From assembly GCA_051546255.1 (NCBI GenBank), contig CP128820.1, positions 930,001 to 994,000 of the forward strand: DNA of 64,000 nt, read 5' to 3'. Below the pieces are notes generated by a model, which had not been told where the DNA came from, ran no database searches, and saw only the letters and a program-made list of their open reading frames with translations. Both the position numbers and the translations under genes were made by a program. Positions within the stretch are counted from its first letter, which is position 1. Every line of letters starts with the position of its first letter. Source of the DNA: Meyerozyma guilliermondii. Lineage: Eukaryota. Shown here piece after piece: positions 10,683 to 20,936 of this stretch.

Positions 10683-10805
10683 TGCTTGTAGTCTTCTTTT
10701 GTCTTCAGTACACTAAGAGAATGAACTCAGAATAGCCTCAAGTCAAAGGAACGTTGATATGGCCTATCAGACTATCAGTTGGCGGACCAAATTTCGCAGT
10801 GTTCT

Positions 10806-10850
10806 GTCGCACTGATTTCAGTCGCACTGATTTCAGTCGCACTGATTTCC
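10806..10850. repeat. 15-bp tandem repeat GTCGCACTGATTTCA x3 in the SCY1/CBC2 divergent promoter
   Basis: Three consecutive copies read directly; the last has one mismatch. Confidence 0.85.
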
Positions 10851-10947
10851 AGTCCTGATTTTGTAGTGAGTTCGCACTGGTTTCGCGCTGATTTTGTAGT
10901 AACTTTCGCGGGACGAAATTGTTTTCTCAGTGTACCACCTGCCAAAT

Positions 10948-11544
10948 ATGGAGCTCATAAAAGAAAACCACCAGCACTCCGCGGACCGATTGGACCGCCC
11001 ATCGCAATACCTTATCAAGAAGGCGCTCCGTTCCAACTTTTTCGACGATTTAAAAAGATCAATGCATTCCAAAACTGTGTATGTTGGAAACCTCTCGCAT
11101 TTCACCACCGAAGAACAAGTTCACGAACTCTTTCTGAAGTGCGGACGTATAGACAGAATCATCATGGGACTCGATCGACATCGACTCACCCCCTGTGGGT
11201 TTTGTTTCGTGATCTACAAGGAGGAAAGTGGGTCGCTCAATGCGATGAAATACTTGAAGGGAACCAGTTTAGATAGCCAAAACTTGGAAATCGACTTGGA
11301 TCCAGGTTTTACTGAGGGAAGACAGTTTGGAAGAGGTCGTTTTGGTGGCCAGATGAAGCAGGATATAGCATTGGCGGGCGACAGAGGTGCACACGATGGA
11401 CCGCCAAGACGGGGATTTCGCGGAGGATTTCGCGGCCGTGGATTTAGAGGCAGAGGGCGCGGTAGAGGTTTCTCTAGAGGTGGGTTTAACCGCGGAGGTT
11501 TCCAGGGCGGTAGCCAGGGGTACCAGGGAGATGATGGGTGGTAG
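10948..11544 (+). CDS. CBC2: Nuclear cap-binding complex small subunit (CBP20)
   Basis: TVYVGNLS, IIMGLDR, TPCGFCFV and DLDPGFTEGRQFGRG motifs, plus an RGG tail. First ATG at 10948. Confidence 0.95.
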   Translation: MELIKENHQHSADRLDRPSQYLIKKALRSNFFDDLKRSMHSKTVYVGNLSHFTTEEQVHELFLKCGRIDRIIMGLDRHRLTPCGFCFVIYKEESGSLNAMKYLKGTSLDSQNLEIDLDPGFTEGRQFGRGRFGGQMKQDIALAGDRGAHDGPPRRGFRGGFRGRGFRGRGRGRGFSRGGFNRGGFQGGSQGYQGDDGW

Positions 11545-11790
11545 GATGAAGAAGTGTATCATTAAAAGAGATAAAAGTATAGAAAACTTTTATAATTATT
11601 CGTGTATTTTATTTTACAACAGCGATCGATTCGAGACCATTGACTTTTCCTTTTTTTCTGTCCTTACTCTCCCTGCTGCCTTTTGCTGTGTCTCGCTGTG
11701 TCGCTGCGCGCTGCCTCCCGCGCTTGCTCCATCTCCTGCACCTGCGGTCGCGATAAGCATCGCATTTCCAACCAGTTTACAAATCCAACC

Positions 11791-12768
11791 ATGTCACAAT
11801 CGTCCCGAAAAAAGCTCCTTTTGATGGGCCGTTCGGGTTCCGGGAAACTGTCGATGCGCTCCATCATATTCTCCAACTACTCAGCTTTTGACACTCGTAG
11901 ATTGGGTGCCACCATAGATGTGGAGCATTCTCACTTGCGGTTTCTCGGCAATATGACGCTTAATTTGTGGGATTGTGGAGGCCAGGATGTGTTTATGGAC
12001 AACTACTTTACGTCGCAAAAAGACCATATCTTCAAGATGGTCCAGGTACTTATTCATGTGTTCGATGTGGAGTCAAAGCTGATAAACAAGGACATGGAGA
12101 CGTTTGTAAAATCACTCACAAACCTTCGCAAGTACAGTCCGGACGCCAAGGTGTTTGTTCTCTTGCACAAGATGGATTTGGTACAAATAGACAAGCGGGA
12201 TGAGTTGTTTCTGATCATGATGGAGAAACTTCAAAAAATCTCCAATCCTTATCTGTTCAAGCTAGTAGGATTCCCCACCTCCATTTGGGACGAGAGTCTT
12301 TATAAAGCGTGGTCTCAAATTGTGTGTTCGTTGATTCCCAATATGAACTTGTTCAACTCGAATCTTTTGAAATTCAATGAGGTTTTAGAAGCTGAGGAAA
12401 TAATTCTTTTTGAAAAGACGACATTTCTTGTTATTCTGTCGACGTCAACTATGCAACAACAACAACAACAACAACAACAACCGGAAGCTACCCTCGACCC
12501 AAAGCGATTTGAGAAAATCTCCAACATTATCAAGACTTACAAACAGTCCATTTCGAAGCTTAGAACTGGCTTCACAAACCTCATTATCCGGGGCTCCAAC
12601 GGAACCCATTTTTATGTGGACGTGCTCACCAACAATATGTTTATCATGATAATATTGAAGGACACAGACGCAAACACAAACTACGTTTCCAACCACGAAG
12701 AGTCCATGATTTTGGAAAATATTCGTGCTGCCAGAAAGGACTTTGAAAAGATTGAAAATCTGCGATGA
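11791..12768 (+). CDS. GTR1: Rag-family GTPase Gtr1
   Basis: RKKLLLMGRSGSGK(S)SMRS, LWDCGGQ, HKMD, TSIWDESLYKAWS and KRFEKISNIIK motifs. ATG at 11791. Confidence 0.96.
   Translation: MSQSSRKKLLLMGRSGSGKLSMRSIIFSNYSAFDTRRLGATIDVEHSHLRFLGNMTLNLWDCGGQDVFMDNYFTSQKDHIFKMVQVLIHVFDVESKLINKDMETFVKSLTNLRKYSPDAKVFVLLHKMDLVQIDKRDELFLIMMEKLQKISNPYLFKLVGFPTSIWDESLYKAWSQIVCSLIPNMNLFNSNLLKFNEVLEAEEIILFEKTTFLVILSTSTMQQQQQQQQQPEATLDPKRFEKISNIIKTYKQSISKLRTGFTNLIIRGSNGTHFYVDVLTNNMFIMIILKDTDANTNYVSNHEESMILENIRAARKDFEKIENLR
12454..12480 (+). repeat. (CAA)9 microsatellite encoding polyQ in Gtr1
   Basis: Nine perfect CAA units. Confidence 0.95.
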
Positions 12769-12964
12769 ATCGACGCGGAGCGTCATTCAGTAATAATACG
12801 AGCCAACCATAGACGGACATAAACTTTCTAACCATAATCGGAATAATATATATCTGCCATTTGCAGCTGTCAAACCTGTCATAGCCGTGTTCCTGCATGC
12901 CGTATACTCGTTGCGACTCATTTCGCGACTTGAAATTTAATTCTTTACTCGTATCTGCCCAAAC

Positions 12965-14317
12965 ATGGGAAAAGTCCTTCAATTGCTACAACACCCCGAC
13001 GAGCTCAAGGCATTTGTCCAGTTTAAATGCTTTCGGAAATCGCTCCATCCCTTTGAACCAACCGAGGCCCGTTCAAGTTTAAAAAGATGCGATGATTTGT
13101 TGAATTTGACGTCAAGGTCGTTCGCCGCGGTTATTAAAGAGCTCCATCCCAAGACAAGGGTGGCAGTTATGGTGTTCTATCTTGTATTGAGAGCATTGGA
13201 TACTGTAGAAGACGATATGACGCTTCAGCATGACGTCAAAATCCCGCTTTTGAGACAGTTTCACACCAAATTGAACACCACCGATTACTCATTTAACGGT
13301 AGTGGACCCAACGAAAAGGACCGTGAAGTGTTGGTACAGTTCCCGGAAATCTTGGCAGAGTATCATCGCCTCGATTCCGAGTTCCAAGACGTCATCAAGG
13401 AGATTACCGACAAGATGGGCAATGGAATGGCCGACTATATTTTAGACGATAACTTCAATACGAACGGAGTGGCCACCGTCAAGGACTACGACTTGTACTG
13501 CCATTATGTTGCTGGACTTGTGGGTGAAGGATTGACCAAAATCATGGCGCATGCCAACTTTATCAACGAAAGTCTCAACCAAGACAATTACCAGAAATCA
13601 GAATCCATGGGATTGTTCTTGCAGAAAACAAACATCATTCGTGACTACCAAGAAGACATGCAAGATGGCAGGTCGTTTTGGCCTCAGGAAATCTGGCTGA
13701 AATATACCAATTCGTTAGCCAGTTTCCATAAGGACCAGTCGGAAAAGAGCCAAGAACAGGCATTGTACTGTATCAGTGAATTGGTTTTGAACGCCATGAA
13801 CCATATCAACGACGTTTTGGTCTACTTGGCCAACGTGAACGATCCTTCGTGTTTCAGCTTCTGTGCCATCCCCCAGGTTATGGCAGTGGCTACACTTGCA
13901 ACCGTTTACAACAATCCCGATGTCACCCACAAGGTGGTGAAGATCAGAAAGGGAACCACCGTCAAATTAATCCTCGAATCCAGAACTTACCCTGGAGTGG
14001 TTCGAATTTTCAGACACTACATCCGTATTATAAACCATAAATCTCGGGTCAATGACCCCAATTACCTTCAAATCGGCCTCAAATGTGGCGAGTTGGAGCA
14101 GTTGTGCGAGTCGTTGTACCCTACTCCTGGAGCAATTCCAGCGGGCGCCAATCCCCACAAACTGGAGATCAATGAAACGGTTGCAAATCGCCAAGAAATC
14201 GATGAAAAAATCGAGGCCATGATAAAAGAAGAAGAATTCAAGACACAATTGCTGCTTGTGTCCTTGGGTCTTCTGCTAGCGTTGTTGTCGTATCTAGCCT
14301 TTACATTCTTTAATTAA
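12965..14317 (+). CDS. ERG9: Squalene synthase
   Basis: TSRSFAAVI, FYLVLRALDTVEDD, YCHYVAGLVG, MGLFLQKTNIIRDY and FCAIPQVMA motifs, plus a C-terminal TM anchor. Confidence 0.97.
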   Translation: MGKVLQLLQHPDELKAFVQFKCFRKSLHPFEPTEARSSLKRCDDLLNLTSRSFAAVIKELHPKTRVAVMVFYLVLRALDTVEDDMTLQHDVKIPLLRQFHTKLNTTDYSFNGSGPNEKDREVLVQFPEILAEYHRLDSEFQDVIKEITDKMGNGMADYILDDNFNTNGVATVKDYDLYCHYVAGLVGEGLTKIMAHANFINESLNQDNYQKSESMGLFLQKTNIIRDYQEDMQDGRSFWPQEIWLKYTNSLASFHKDQSEKSQEQALYCISELVLNAMNHINDVLVYLANVNDPSCFSFCAIPQVMAVATLATVYNNPDVTHKVVKIRKGTTVKLILESRTYPGVVRIFRHYIRIINHKSRVNDPNYLQIGLKCGELEQLCESLYPTPGAIPAGANPHKLEINETVANRQEIDEKIEAMIKEEEFKTQLLLVSLGLLLALLSYLAFTFFN

Positions 14318-14413
14318 TCAATAGTATCATTCTGTGCTTAGTCAGGCTGCGCCAAGTAGCCGCAGCCGCCTGCGGATTTAATTCTTGACGAGTATACCTG
14401 GCCCCTATTCTTC

Positions 14414-15490
14414 ATGACGACCACCAGTTTCAAAATAAAGCCAATTCTGTGGTCCGAGTATGACCACCATGCCCTGATCCTACTCCAGGACGAAAATGGG
14501 CCGTGTGCGTTGATTGCCCTTGTAAATACTGTTATCTTGAAACACCAAATAGAATCTAGAAAAGTCGCCTTTGGTGAATTGCACCGGAATGAACACCAGG
14601 ATAGGAGAGCCAGAGCAATAGAGAACTTGCAGTCACGATTGGGTCGGTTGGAGGCGGAAAAAAAGTCAATTTCATTGAATTCTCTTCTCGAATCTTTGGG
14701 AGAATTGATCCTCGAGTTGTTTGAAAATGAACAATATCCTGAATACGACGTTGATCGTCTCGTGTCGAGCCTCCCATTACTACACACAGGGCTTACGGTA
14801 GATCCCATACTCACAGATATTACTTTTCCCAAGTCAGATTTGGCTTCTGTTCTTTTTGGAATTTTCTCTTTGTCGTTCAAACATGGATGGTGTTTAGACC
14901 CCAACGAAGATCCTGAAGCCTTTTCTTTCTTCAGCCAGTACCCAACGTTCGATAGGGCCCAAGACTGCTTCATACAAAACCCTCAGGCGTATTCACAGGC
15001 CCAGGAATGGTTGGCTGCAAATCGGTCGCAATTGACATCTTTTGGTTTACGCAAAATCGATTCTGTTATGGAAGACGACGAGCTTGCTGTGTTCTTCCGC
15101 AATAACCATTTCAGTACGCTCTACAAAAAGGGTCCTGGGGAATTTTACTTGTTGGTGACAGATGAGGCCTTCAACTCTCATCGACGTATAGTGTGGCAGT
15201 CATTAAACTCTGTTTCCGGGAAAGATGAGTTGTTTTTCACTGGAGATTTTGTGCCAGTGTTCCTCGATGATTCTACTGATCATGGTGCCACCGACATGTC
15301 GGACGACTATCTTTTGATGAAACAGCTTCAAGAAGAAGACGATATGCGCATGGCTCGCAACATCCAAAAACTGTACAACAAACCTGCGGTGAAGCCTGAG
15401 AAGGAGGGAAAAGAAGCGAAGACTTCCAAGCCTCAAGAAAAGAGCCAGGAAAAGAAGAAGAAGAAAAAGACCGACTGTGTAGTCATGTAA
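14414..15490 (+). CDS. MINDY-family deubiquitinase (Miy1/Miy2-like)
   Basis: QDENGPCALIA, HGW and FFRNNHFST motifs; MIU-like DYLLMKQLQEEDD; polybasic tail with CAAX (CVVM). Confidence 0.9.
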   Translation: MTTTSFKIKPILWSEYDHHALILLQDENGPCALIALVNTVILKHQIESRKVAFGELHRNEHQDRRARAIENLQSRLGRLEAEKKSISLNSLLESLGELILELFENEQYPEYDVDRLVSSLPLLHTGLTVDPILTDITFPKSDLASVLFGIFSLSFKHGWCLDPNEDPEAFSFFSQYPTFDRAQDCFIQNPQAYSQAQEWLAANRSQLTSFGLRKIDSVMEDDELAVFFRNNHFSTLYKKGPGEFYLLVTDEAFNSHRRIVWQSLNSVSGKDELFFTGDFVPVFLDDSTDHGATDMSDDYLLMKQLQEEDDMRMARNIQKLYNKPAVKPEKEGKEAKTSKPQEKSQEKKKKKKTDCVVM

Positions 15491-15548
15491 CTATAGATTA
15501 TGACCAGTAAAAAGGTGATTAGAATATGAATTATGACCAGTATACCTA

Positions 15549-15622
15549 AAAGTTGATTTACTGAGTAGACAGTAGGATGGATGTAGCATAACTAAAGTTG
15601 ATTTACTGTGTAGACAGTAGGA
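15549..15622. repeat. 29-bp direct repeat x2 in a convergent terminator region
   Basis: AAAGTTGATTTACTG(A/T)GTAGACAGTAGGA at about 15549 and 15594. Confidence 0.8.
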
Positions 15623-15670
15623 GTGGATTTAAGACTTGATATTATGATATTATAATGGAATGAACATTTT

Positions 15671-16918
15671 TTATGCTTCGGTTGGCTGTTCGGGTTCAGA
15701 TTCGTTTTCCTGTGGCACCTCGTCGTCCTCTCCTTCATATTCCATGGGATCGAACTCAGATCTGGCAACATCCATCTTCCGTATTTCATTGGTGGTTGGT
15801 TCTCTAATGTGCAACTGGATGGTGTCAAAGGTACTTTGAGCCAAAAATTTGTTGAGTTCTGGGTTTCCAGAAGCACGATGTTTCTTGAGGTCAATCCTTC
15901 CGGTGACAGGATAATAATATGCGGCCTTTCTCTTCTTCAGCCCACTATCGCCTGCGAATTTGATGGACAATTCTTCAAAAGGCTTCGAAAACCGCTGGAA
16001 GTTCATGTCGTAATTTTTCATGTGCTTGAGAGTATAGGTCTCTCGTTGTTCCTCCTCATCAAGAAGATTGACTGGGCGCTCCTTTTCGGTGGATTGGAGT
16101 TTTTCTACGAGCGCATTAGCTTGGGTTGCATCGCGCACTTGGTATAAAGATATCCATTCACCATCGGCCGAAGTGATTGGTCTGTACACCGTAGAAAGCA
16201 AGGATTTGTGTTCGAGCTTCTCGTCGTACTTTCCTTGTCTTTTCAACGTCTCATGTTCACGCGACAACGATGCCGAGCCAGAAAACTTGACTGTCAAGTA
16301 CTTTGAGTCCATCATAGAGGCATCGGGTAATAACGGCCATGCTGCCACCGCCTTGGCGTTTTTCTTTCTGGGGTGTTTCAACTTAGCAAAGTCATCGAGC
16401 GTGGCCTGGGCTTGCTCAAATGTGTCTTCAACTGCCTTCAATTGTGCTTCGGGGTCAAGCTTTTCCTCTTTCGTCGTGCTGGTTCCGTTGGTCTGGGTCG
16501 ATTTGGGTGCTTGTTTCTCAGATATATACTCTGTTCTCCTTAAGAACGACACACCGGGCTCCGACTTGGCGAGATAAGTGATTCCGGCGTCTCGAAGAAG
16601 AGCTCTGTCTTTTTCGTGGAGCTTGGCTTCGACATCATCTTTCACCAAAGAGTGGATGGCGCGGTTATCTCCGGATTCCAAAACATCTGTGTTGTTCAAG
16701 AGATTGAGATTCATGCCGCTTTCCTCGTCTACGGCCGATATAAACGTCTTGAAGTTCTCTTTTCGAAACAACGATGACATGAGTTGATTGGCCTCGGTCA
16801 GGAACGGTATTGGATTTGTCACATTATACTCGATCATCTTTGGATTCAAGGGAGGCGGGGGAAGGTTGTTGATGTATCGCACCTTGGCGATGTAATCTTG
16901 CCGCACTGGTTTCGACAT
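15671..16918 (-). CDS. PAF1: RNA polymerase II-associated factor Paf1
   Basis: MSKPVRQDYIAKVRYINNLPPPP, VSFLRRTEY, LKHP and WPLLPD motifs. ATG at 16918. Confidence 0.94.
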   Translation of the reverse strand: MSKPVRQDYIAKVRYINNLPPPPLNPKMIEYNVTNPIPFLTEANQLMSSLFRKENFKTFISAVDEESGMNLNLLNNTDVLESGDNRAIHSLVKDDVEAKLHEKDRALLRDAGITYLAKSEPGVSFLRRTEYISEKQAPKSTQTNGTSTTKEEKLDPEAQLKAVEDTFEQAQATLDDFAKLKHPRKKNAKAVAAWPLLPDASMMDSKYLTVKFSGSASLSREHETLKRQGKYDEKLEHKSLLSTVYRPITSADGEWISLYQVRDATQANALVEKLQSTEKERPVNLLDEEEQRETYTLKHMKNYDMNFQRFSKPFEELSIKFAGDSGLKKRKAAYYYPVTGRIDLKKHRASGNPELNKFLAQSTFDTIQLHIREPTTNEIRKMDVARSEFDPMEYEGEDDEVPQENESEPEQPTEA

Positions 16919-17195
16919 GATAAAGTTGAATACGTTTGAGTATAGTTGAGAAATTTCAATATCGGTTGGGTCGTGTGTGTACCATATCAAGAGTTGCAAA
17001 TCTTGGTTATCCTCTTGATATCATGAGAAATATGGTGGACAGAAACTCAAAATCTAGGATGGATTTCTGTGGAATTGCAAACAACTGCTTCTTTCTTGAT
17101 TACTACTACAGTTATTAAATACTATCATTTAGACACTATAACATTAAAATATCTAATGAGTTCAATACCTCAAAATTAAACAGGTCTATATCTAA

Positions 17196-17798
17196 CTAGC
17201 CCTTCATCTTTTTGATGGTCTCGAAGAACGACAGACCCTGGATCTTTGCGACTTCAAGCTCAAGATCAGTCACTTTTCTAGAACCATCAGAGCCCGCAAA
17301 CGTTCCTGCTCCCCATGGGGAACCACCATGGATTTCGTCCATTGATGCCATCAATGGAGATCTATAACCCAATGGCACGTAGACCATTCCGTGGTGCACC
17401 AAAGTCGACAAAGTACTAATGACCGTCGTTTCTTGACCTCCTCCCAAAGTTCCAGTGGAAACGAACACACCAGCCGGTTTACCAATCAACTCACCGTTGG
17501 CCCACAATGCTCCTGTTTGGTCCCAAAAGTTCTTGAATTGCGAAGGAAAGTTACCATATCTGGTGGGAATTCCAAACAAAAATGCATCGTACTCCTTTAA
17601 TGTATCTACAGTTGCTGTTTCAAAGTTGGGTCTTGGAGGAGCATTCAACTTTTTCAAAAGAGATTCTGGAAGAGTTTCTTCAACTTGAAAAAGCTTTGCC
17701 GAGCCTCCAGCAGACTCAATTCCCGCCTTGGCCAGCTCAGCAAGGGCGGCTATGTGGTGGTACAACGAATATGTGATGATTGCTGTTCTTGGTGCCAT
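17196..17798 (-). CDS. Flavodoxin-like NAD(P)H:quinone oxidoreductase (Pst2/Ycp4/WrbA family)
   Basis: YSLYHH, FGIPTRYG, STGTLGGGQE and HGGSPWGAGT motifs. Confidence 0.93.
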   Translation of the reverse strand: MAPRTAIITYSLYHHIAALAELAKAGIESAGGSAKLFQVEETLPESLLKKLNAPPRPNFETATVDTLKEYDAFLFGIPTRYGNFPSQFKNFWDQTGALWANGELIGKPAGVFVSTGTLGGGQETTVISTLSTLVHHGMVYVPLGYRSPLMASMDEIHGGSPWGAGTFAGSDGSRKVTDLELEVAKIQGLSFFETIKKMKG

Positions 17799-17941
17799 GG
17801 TTGCGAAAAGATTCAGTTGCGAAAAAAGTTAAGTTGCGAAAAGATTCGGCTGCGAAATCTTTATAAATCGCACCTTAGTAAGAATTTGTCATAAAGAGTA
17901 CGAGGGTCGTTATGTGCCGTAGTGACATTTACTAATTCTAT

Positions 17942-18892
17942 CTAAGGCTCGTACAATGTAGGGTCTACTCCGTTCCACGTGCACACATCGTGGGACTTGG
18001 GCTTGTCGAGCGCCAGAAGCAATTCTGGGTCCAACTCAATCTTACCGAAAGAATGTTGTTCCCCAAGCTCGTCACTGTTTCCATCAGGCAAAACATCGAG
18101 GTTCAGCTTGATTCTCTCCTTCTTAGCGCTCTTGGCGATCACAATGAATCCTTGCAAGTACGACCACGTGAGCAAGATGTTACCCTTGGGCAACTTGTAC
18201 TTCTTTTCCCATTCTAACAACTCTGGGTCGTCCAATTTGACGCCTTGAGTCAAAGGCGAGTACGCCTCGGCCCAGATATCGTGCTCGACCAAAAACTCTC
18301 TCAATTCCAATCTTGGAAGCCATGGGTGCAATTCGATTTGGTCAACTACCGGCTTGATCACAAATCCATCCCAGTCGAAAAGCTCTTGCAAATGACGCTT
18401 TCCGTAGTTGGACACACCAATGGACTTGATATCCAAAGTAGGGTTGTTTGGCTCCAACACATACTCTTGCAATGCCTTCCAGGACTCGATTCTCTTTTGA
18501 GGATTACTGTGAGGACTATGGATCAACACCAAGTCGACATACCCAATGTATTCCTTCACTTCTTTAGCAATGAGTTCAATTGCCTTCTTGGTGTTCTCGT
18601 AGCCATGATCCTCGAATCTGATCTTGGTGGTAAACCAAATATCCTTACGTTCCACCTCGGGGTGGTCCTTCAAGAAACGAGCAATACCCTCACTTGATTC
18701 CCTTTGGTTTTTGTAGTAAATGGCCGAGTCTATGTGCCTGTAGCCCACAGACAACGCATAGTACACCAAATCAGCAGTATCCTCCTTAGGAATTTCGTAA
18801 ACCCCAAAACCAGCCACGGGAATCGATTGTCCGTTGTTGAGCTTGTAGCGAGAATCCTTGGTCAATTGTATAGCGGAGGTTAAGTTTGACAT
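17942..18892 (-). CDS. Aldo-keto reductase (YJR096W-like)
   Basis: GYRHIDSAIYY, FTTK, LIHSP, IGVSNY, QIELHPW and AYSPL motifs. Confidence 0.9.
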   Translation of the reverse strand: MSNLTSAIQLTKDSRYKLNNGQSIPVAGFGVYEIPKEDTADLVYYALSVGYRHIDSAIYYKNQRESSEGIARFLKDHPEVERKDIWFTTKIRFEDHGYENTKKAIELIAKEVKEYIGYVDLVLIHSPHSNPQKRIESWKALQEYVLEPNNPTLDIKSIGVSNYGKRHLQELFDWDGFVIKPVVDQIELHPWLPRLELREFLVEHDIWAEAYSPLTQGVKLDDPELLEWEKKYKLPKGNILLTWSYLQGFIVIAKSAKKERIKLNLDVLPDGNSDELGEQHSFGKIELDPELLLALDKPKSHDVCTWNGVDPTLYEP

Positions 18893-19149
18893 CTGAAAGA
18901 ATTGAGAATTGACTAAAGTTGCTAGAATTGACTTAAAGAAATTAACTAGTTAAAGTTTTAAATGGGTTCGGAGAAAGTTCTAGTTTTTAAGGAGAATGGC
19001 TTAGAACTGTGGCAACTAACGGATAATTGCGGCAGAAGGTGCAGGACCACAGCCGGTGAGGTGCGTGGGGGGTTTCTGCAGGAAGCGAGGGGCTGCGCGG
19101 ACTGCAGGGTTTGTGTGTCTTCTCACTCTTATCATTCTTTATCGTCAAC

Positions 19150-19797
19150 ATGTCTTCCCGGAAAAAGACATTGCTCAAAGTCATCATTCTAGGAGATTCC
19201 GGAGTGGGAAAGACCTCGTTGATGCAGCAGTTTGTCAATAACAAATTTTCCCATCAATATAAGGCCACCATTGGTGCCGATTTTCTCACCAAGGAAATTA
19301 CCGTCGACAACAACAAGCAAGTTACGCTTCAAATATGGGACACCGCCGGCCAAGAACGGTTTCAGAGCTTGGGGGTGGCTTTCTACAGGGGTGCAGACTG
19401 CTGTGTTTTGTGCTATGATGTCACCAATGAGAAATCTCTTAACAATTTGGCATCTTGGAAAGATGAATTTCTCATTCAATCCAATGTCCTGAACCCTCAA
19501 GACTTTCCCTTCATCATAATAGGCAACAAGATCGATGCGGACGACTCGAAAAAGATTCCGTCGTTGCAGAAAAAATTGAACAATGTCACCAACAACCAGC
19601 TTGGTGGATTGAGCTACCCAGTATTCGAGACCAGTGCCAAGGAATCGATCAACGTTGAAAGTGCATTTGAAGTCATTGCCAAGATGGCGCTCCAGCAAGA
19701 AGAGCTCAATGAGGCGAATGGAAACGACGTCAACGACGACTACAATGATGCCATCAACATTCACTTGGAAACCGATAACAGTGGATGTGCTTGTTAG
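19150..19797 (+). CDS. YPT7: Rab7 GTPase Ypt7
   Basis: [54 protein letters not shown] and C-terminal CAC. ATG at 19150. Confidence 0.97.
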   Translation: MSSRKKTLLKVIILGDSGVGKTSLMQQFVNNKFSHQYKATIGADFLTKEITVDNNKQVTLQIWDTAGQERFQSLGVAFYRGADCCVLCYDVTNEKSLNNLASWKDEFLIQSNVLNPQDFPFIIIGNKIDADDSKKIPSLQKKLNNVTNNQLGGLSYPVFETSAKESINVESAFEVIAKMALQQEELNEANGNDVNDDYNDAINIHLETDNSGCAC

Positions 19798-19990
19798 AGT
19801 AATGTAGTAATATTGACAAATAATGTTATGGTCGCCTGGTTCCTCAGGTTCCTCAGGTTCAGTGTCCTCAACCCAATCGTCCTTTCCTACTTCAACTTCA
19901 TCGCTTACTTTCTTCAACGTTTTCAATGTCTGTCTTCTTCGTTCATCTCAATCTTTGTCTTTCTTCTCAATCTTGGTCGCTCTTCCCTTT

Positions 19991-20725
19991 CTACTTCTTA
20001 TTAATACACATACAAAACATCTTGATCAATATGTCCGCAAGCTGGTTGCCGGTCTTGATCTTTCCAAAGTTATTGTGTTGGTTATATTGTTGGGAATGGT
20101 GCTGTGATTGTTGCTGGTAATGAGGCTGCGAAGTACCATGATAAGTAGCTGTGGGCTGACTAAGTCCACCCCAGTTGTTGGGGATTTGCAGACTCTGGGT
20201 GTTGGACAAGTCAATTATCATTACACCAGCATTATGAGGGTCCATTCTATGGTTTAACCTGCACTCATCGCACATTTGTGCAACTGCCGGTTTGATTTTT
20301 GCAATTCCGTTTGCAGAATGTTTTCCCTTTCCTACAATAACTCGCAAATGGGACTGGTTGGTCCGAATAGCAGCGGCTATACGTGTCTGCAAAAACAACT
20401 CGGCTTCTTTGACGTATAAACCATGAAGGTCGATTTCATCCTCGGCACTGTCTTCGTTGTTTTCACGAAAAACATACTCTGCGGCTTTCCTGTTGCACTT
20501 TTCGGCCTCTTCCAATGCCCGGTGTGACTGCTCAGAGAGCTCGTGGGCCTTACTTCCATCTCCAGCTTTGTAGGCTTGTTGAGACTGCTGGCTCAACTTG
20601 TTTCTTTTTTGGTAAAGTTCATCAGCTTGGGCTCTTAAACGCTTATACTCGGAATCAGTGGCATGGTTGTAGTCACCCTGGTGGTCGTCGAAGCCCAATC
20701 GGATTCCTCTGTCAATTACGTTCAT
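19991..20725 (-). CDS. DUF1771 + Smr-domain protein (YPL199C-like)
   Basis: YKRLRAQA...SQQAY..GD helix, EIDLHGLYVKEA, VIVGKGKHS and NAG motifs. Probable ATG at 20725. Confidence 0.85.
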   Translation of the reverse strand: MNVIDRGIRLGFDDHQGDYNHATDSEYKRLRAQADELYQKRNKLSQQSQQAYKAGDGSKAHELSEQSHRALEEAEKCNRKAAEYVFRENNEDSAEDEIDLHGLYVKEAELFLQTRIAAAIRTNQSHLRVIVGKGKHSANGIAKIKPAVAQMCDECRLNHRMDPHNAGVMIIDLSNTQSLQIPNNWGGLSQPTATYHGTSQPHYQQQSQHHSQQYNQHNNFGKIKTGNQLADILIKMFCMCINKK

Positions 20726-20936
20726 TGGCTTGTGTGTCGTTTCAGGTGAGCGGCTAAGTTCTATAGAATTATGTAAGAAGATGAGAACAATGAGAACGTT
20801 TTGCACCCAAAAAGATACCAGATCCAAATGGCAAAAATGTTTTCGTAAAACACATGATATGCTCTTCTATGGATCGAGAAGTATTGATTCAGTAAGGCTA
20901 TAGAGTTTGAGTTGATTCCTTAAAAATCTCTGTCTG

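Noticed and set aside
15440..15490. CAAX prenylation motif on the MINDY deubiquitinase as a novelty
   Set aside because: C-terminal CAAX motifs are already known in this family.
15549..15622. 29-bp direct repeats here and at 55772-55851 as CRISPR or LTR remnants
   Set aside because: Only two copies each, eukaryotic context, no cas genes and no LTR or target-site-duplication hallmarks.
19189..19926. 245-aa antisense ORF over YPT7
   Set aside because: Overlaps a conserved gene on the opposite strand and has no motifs.
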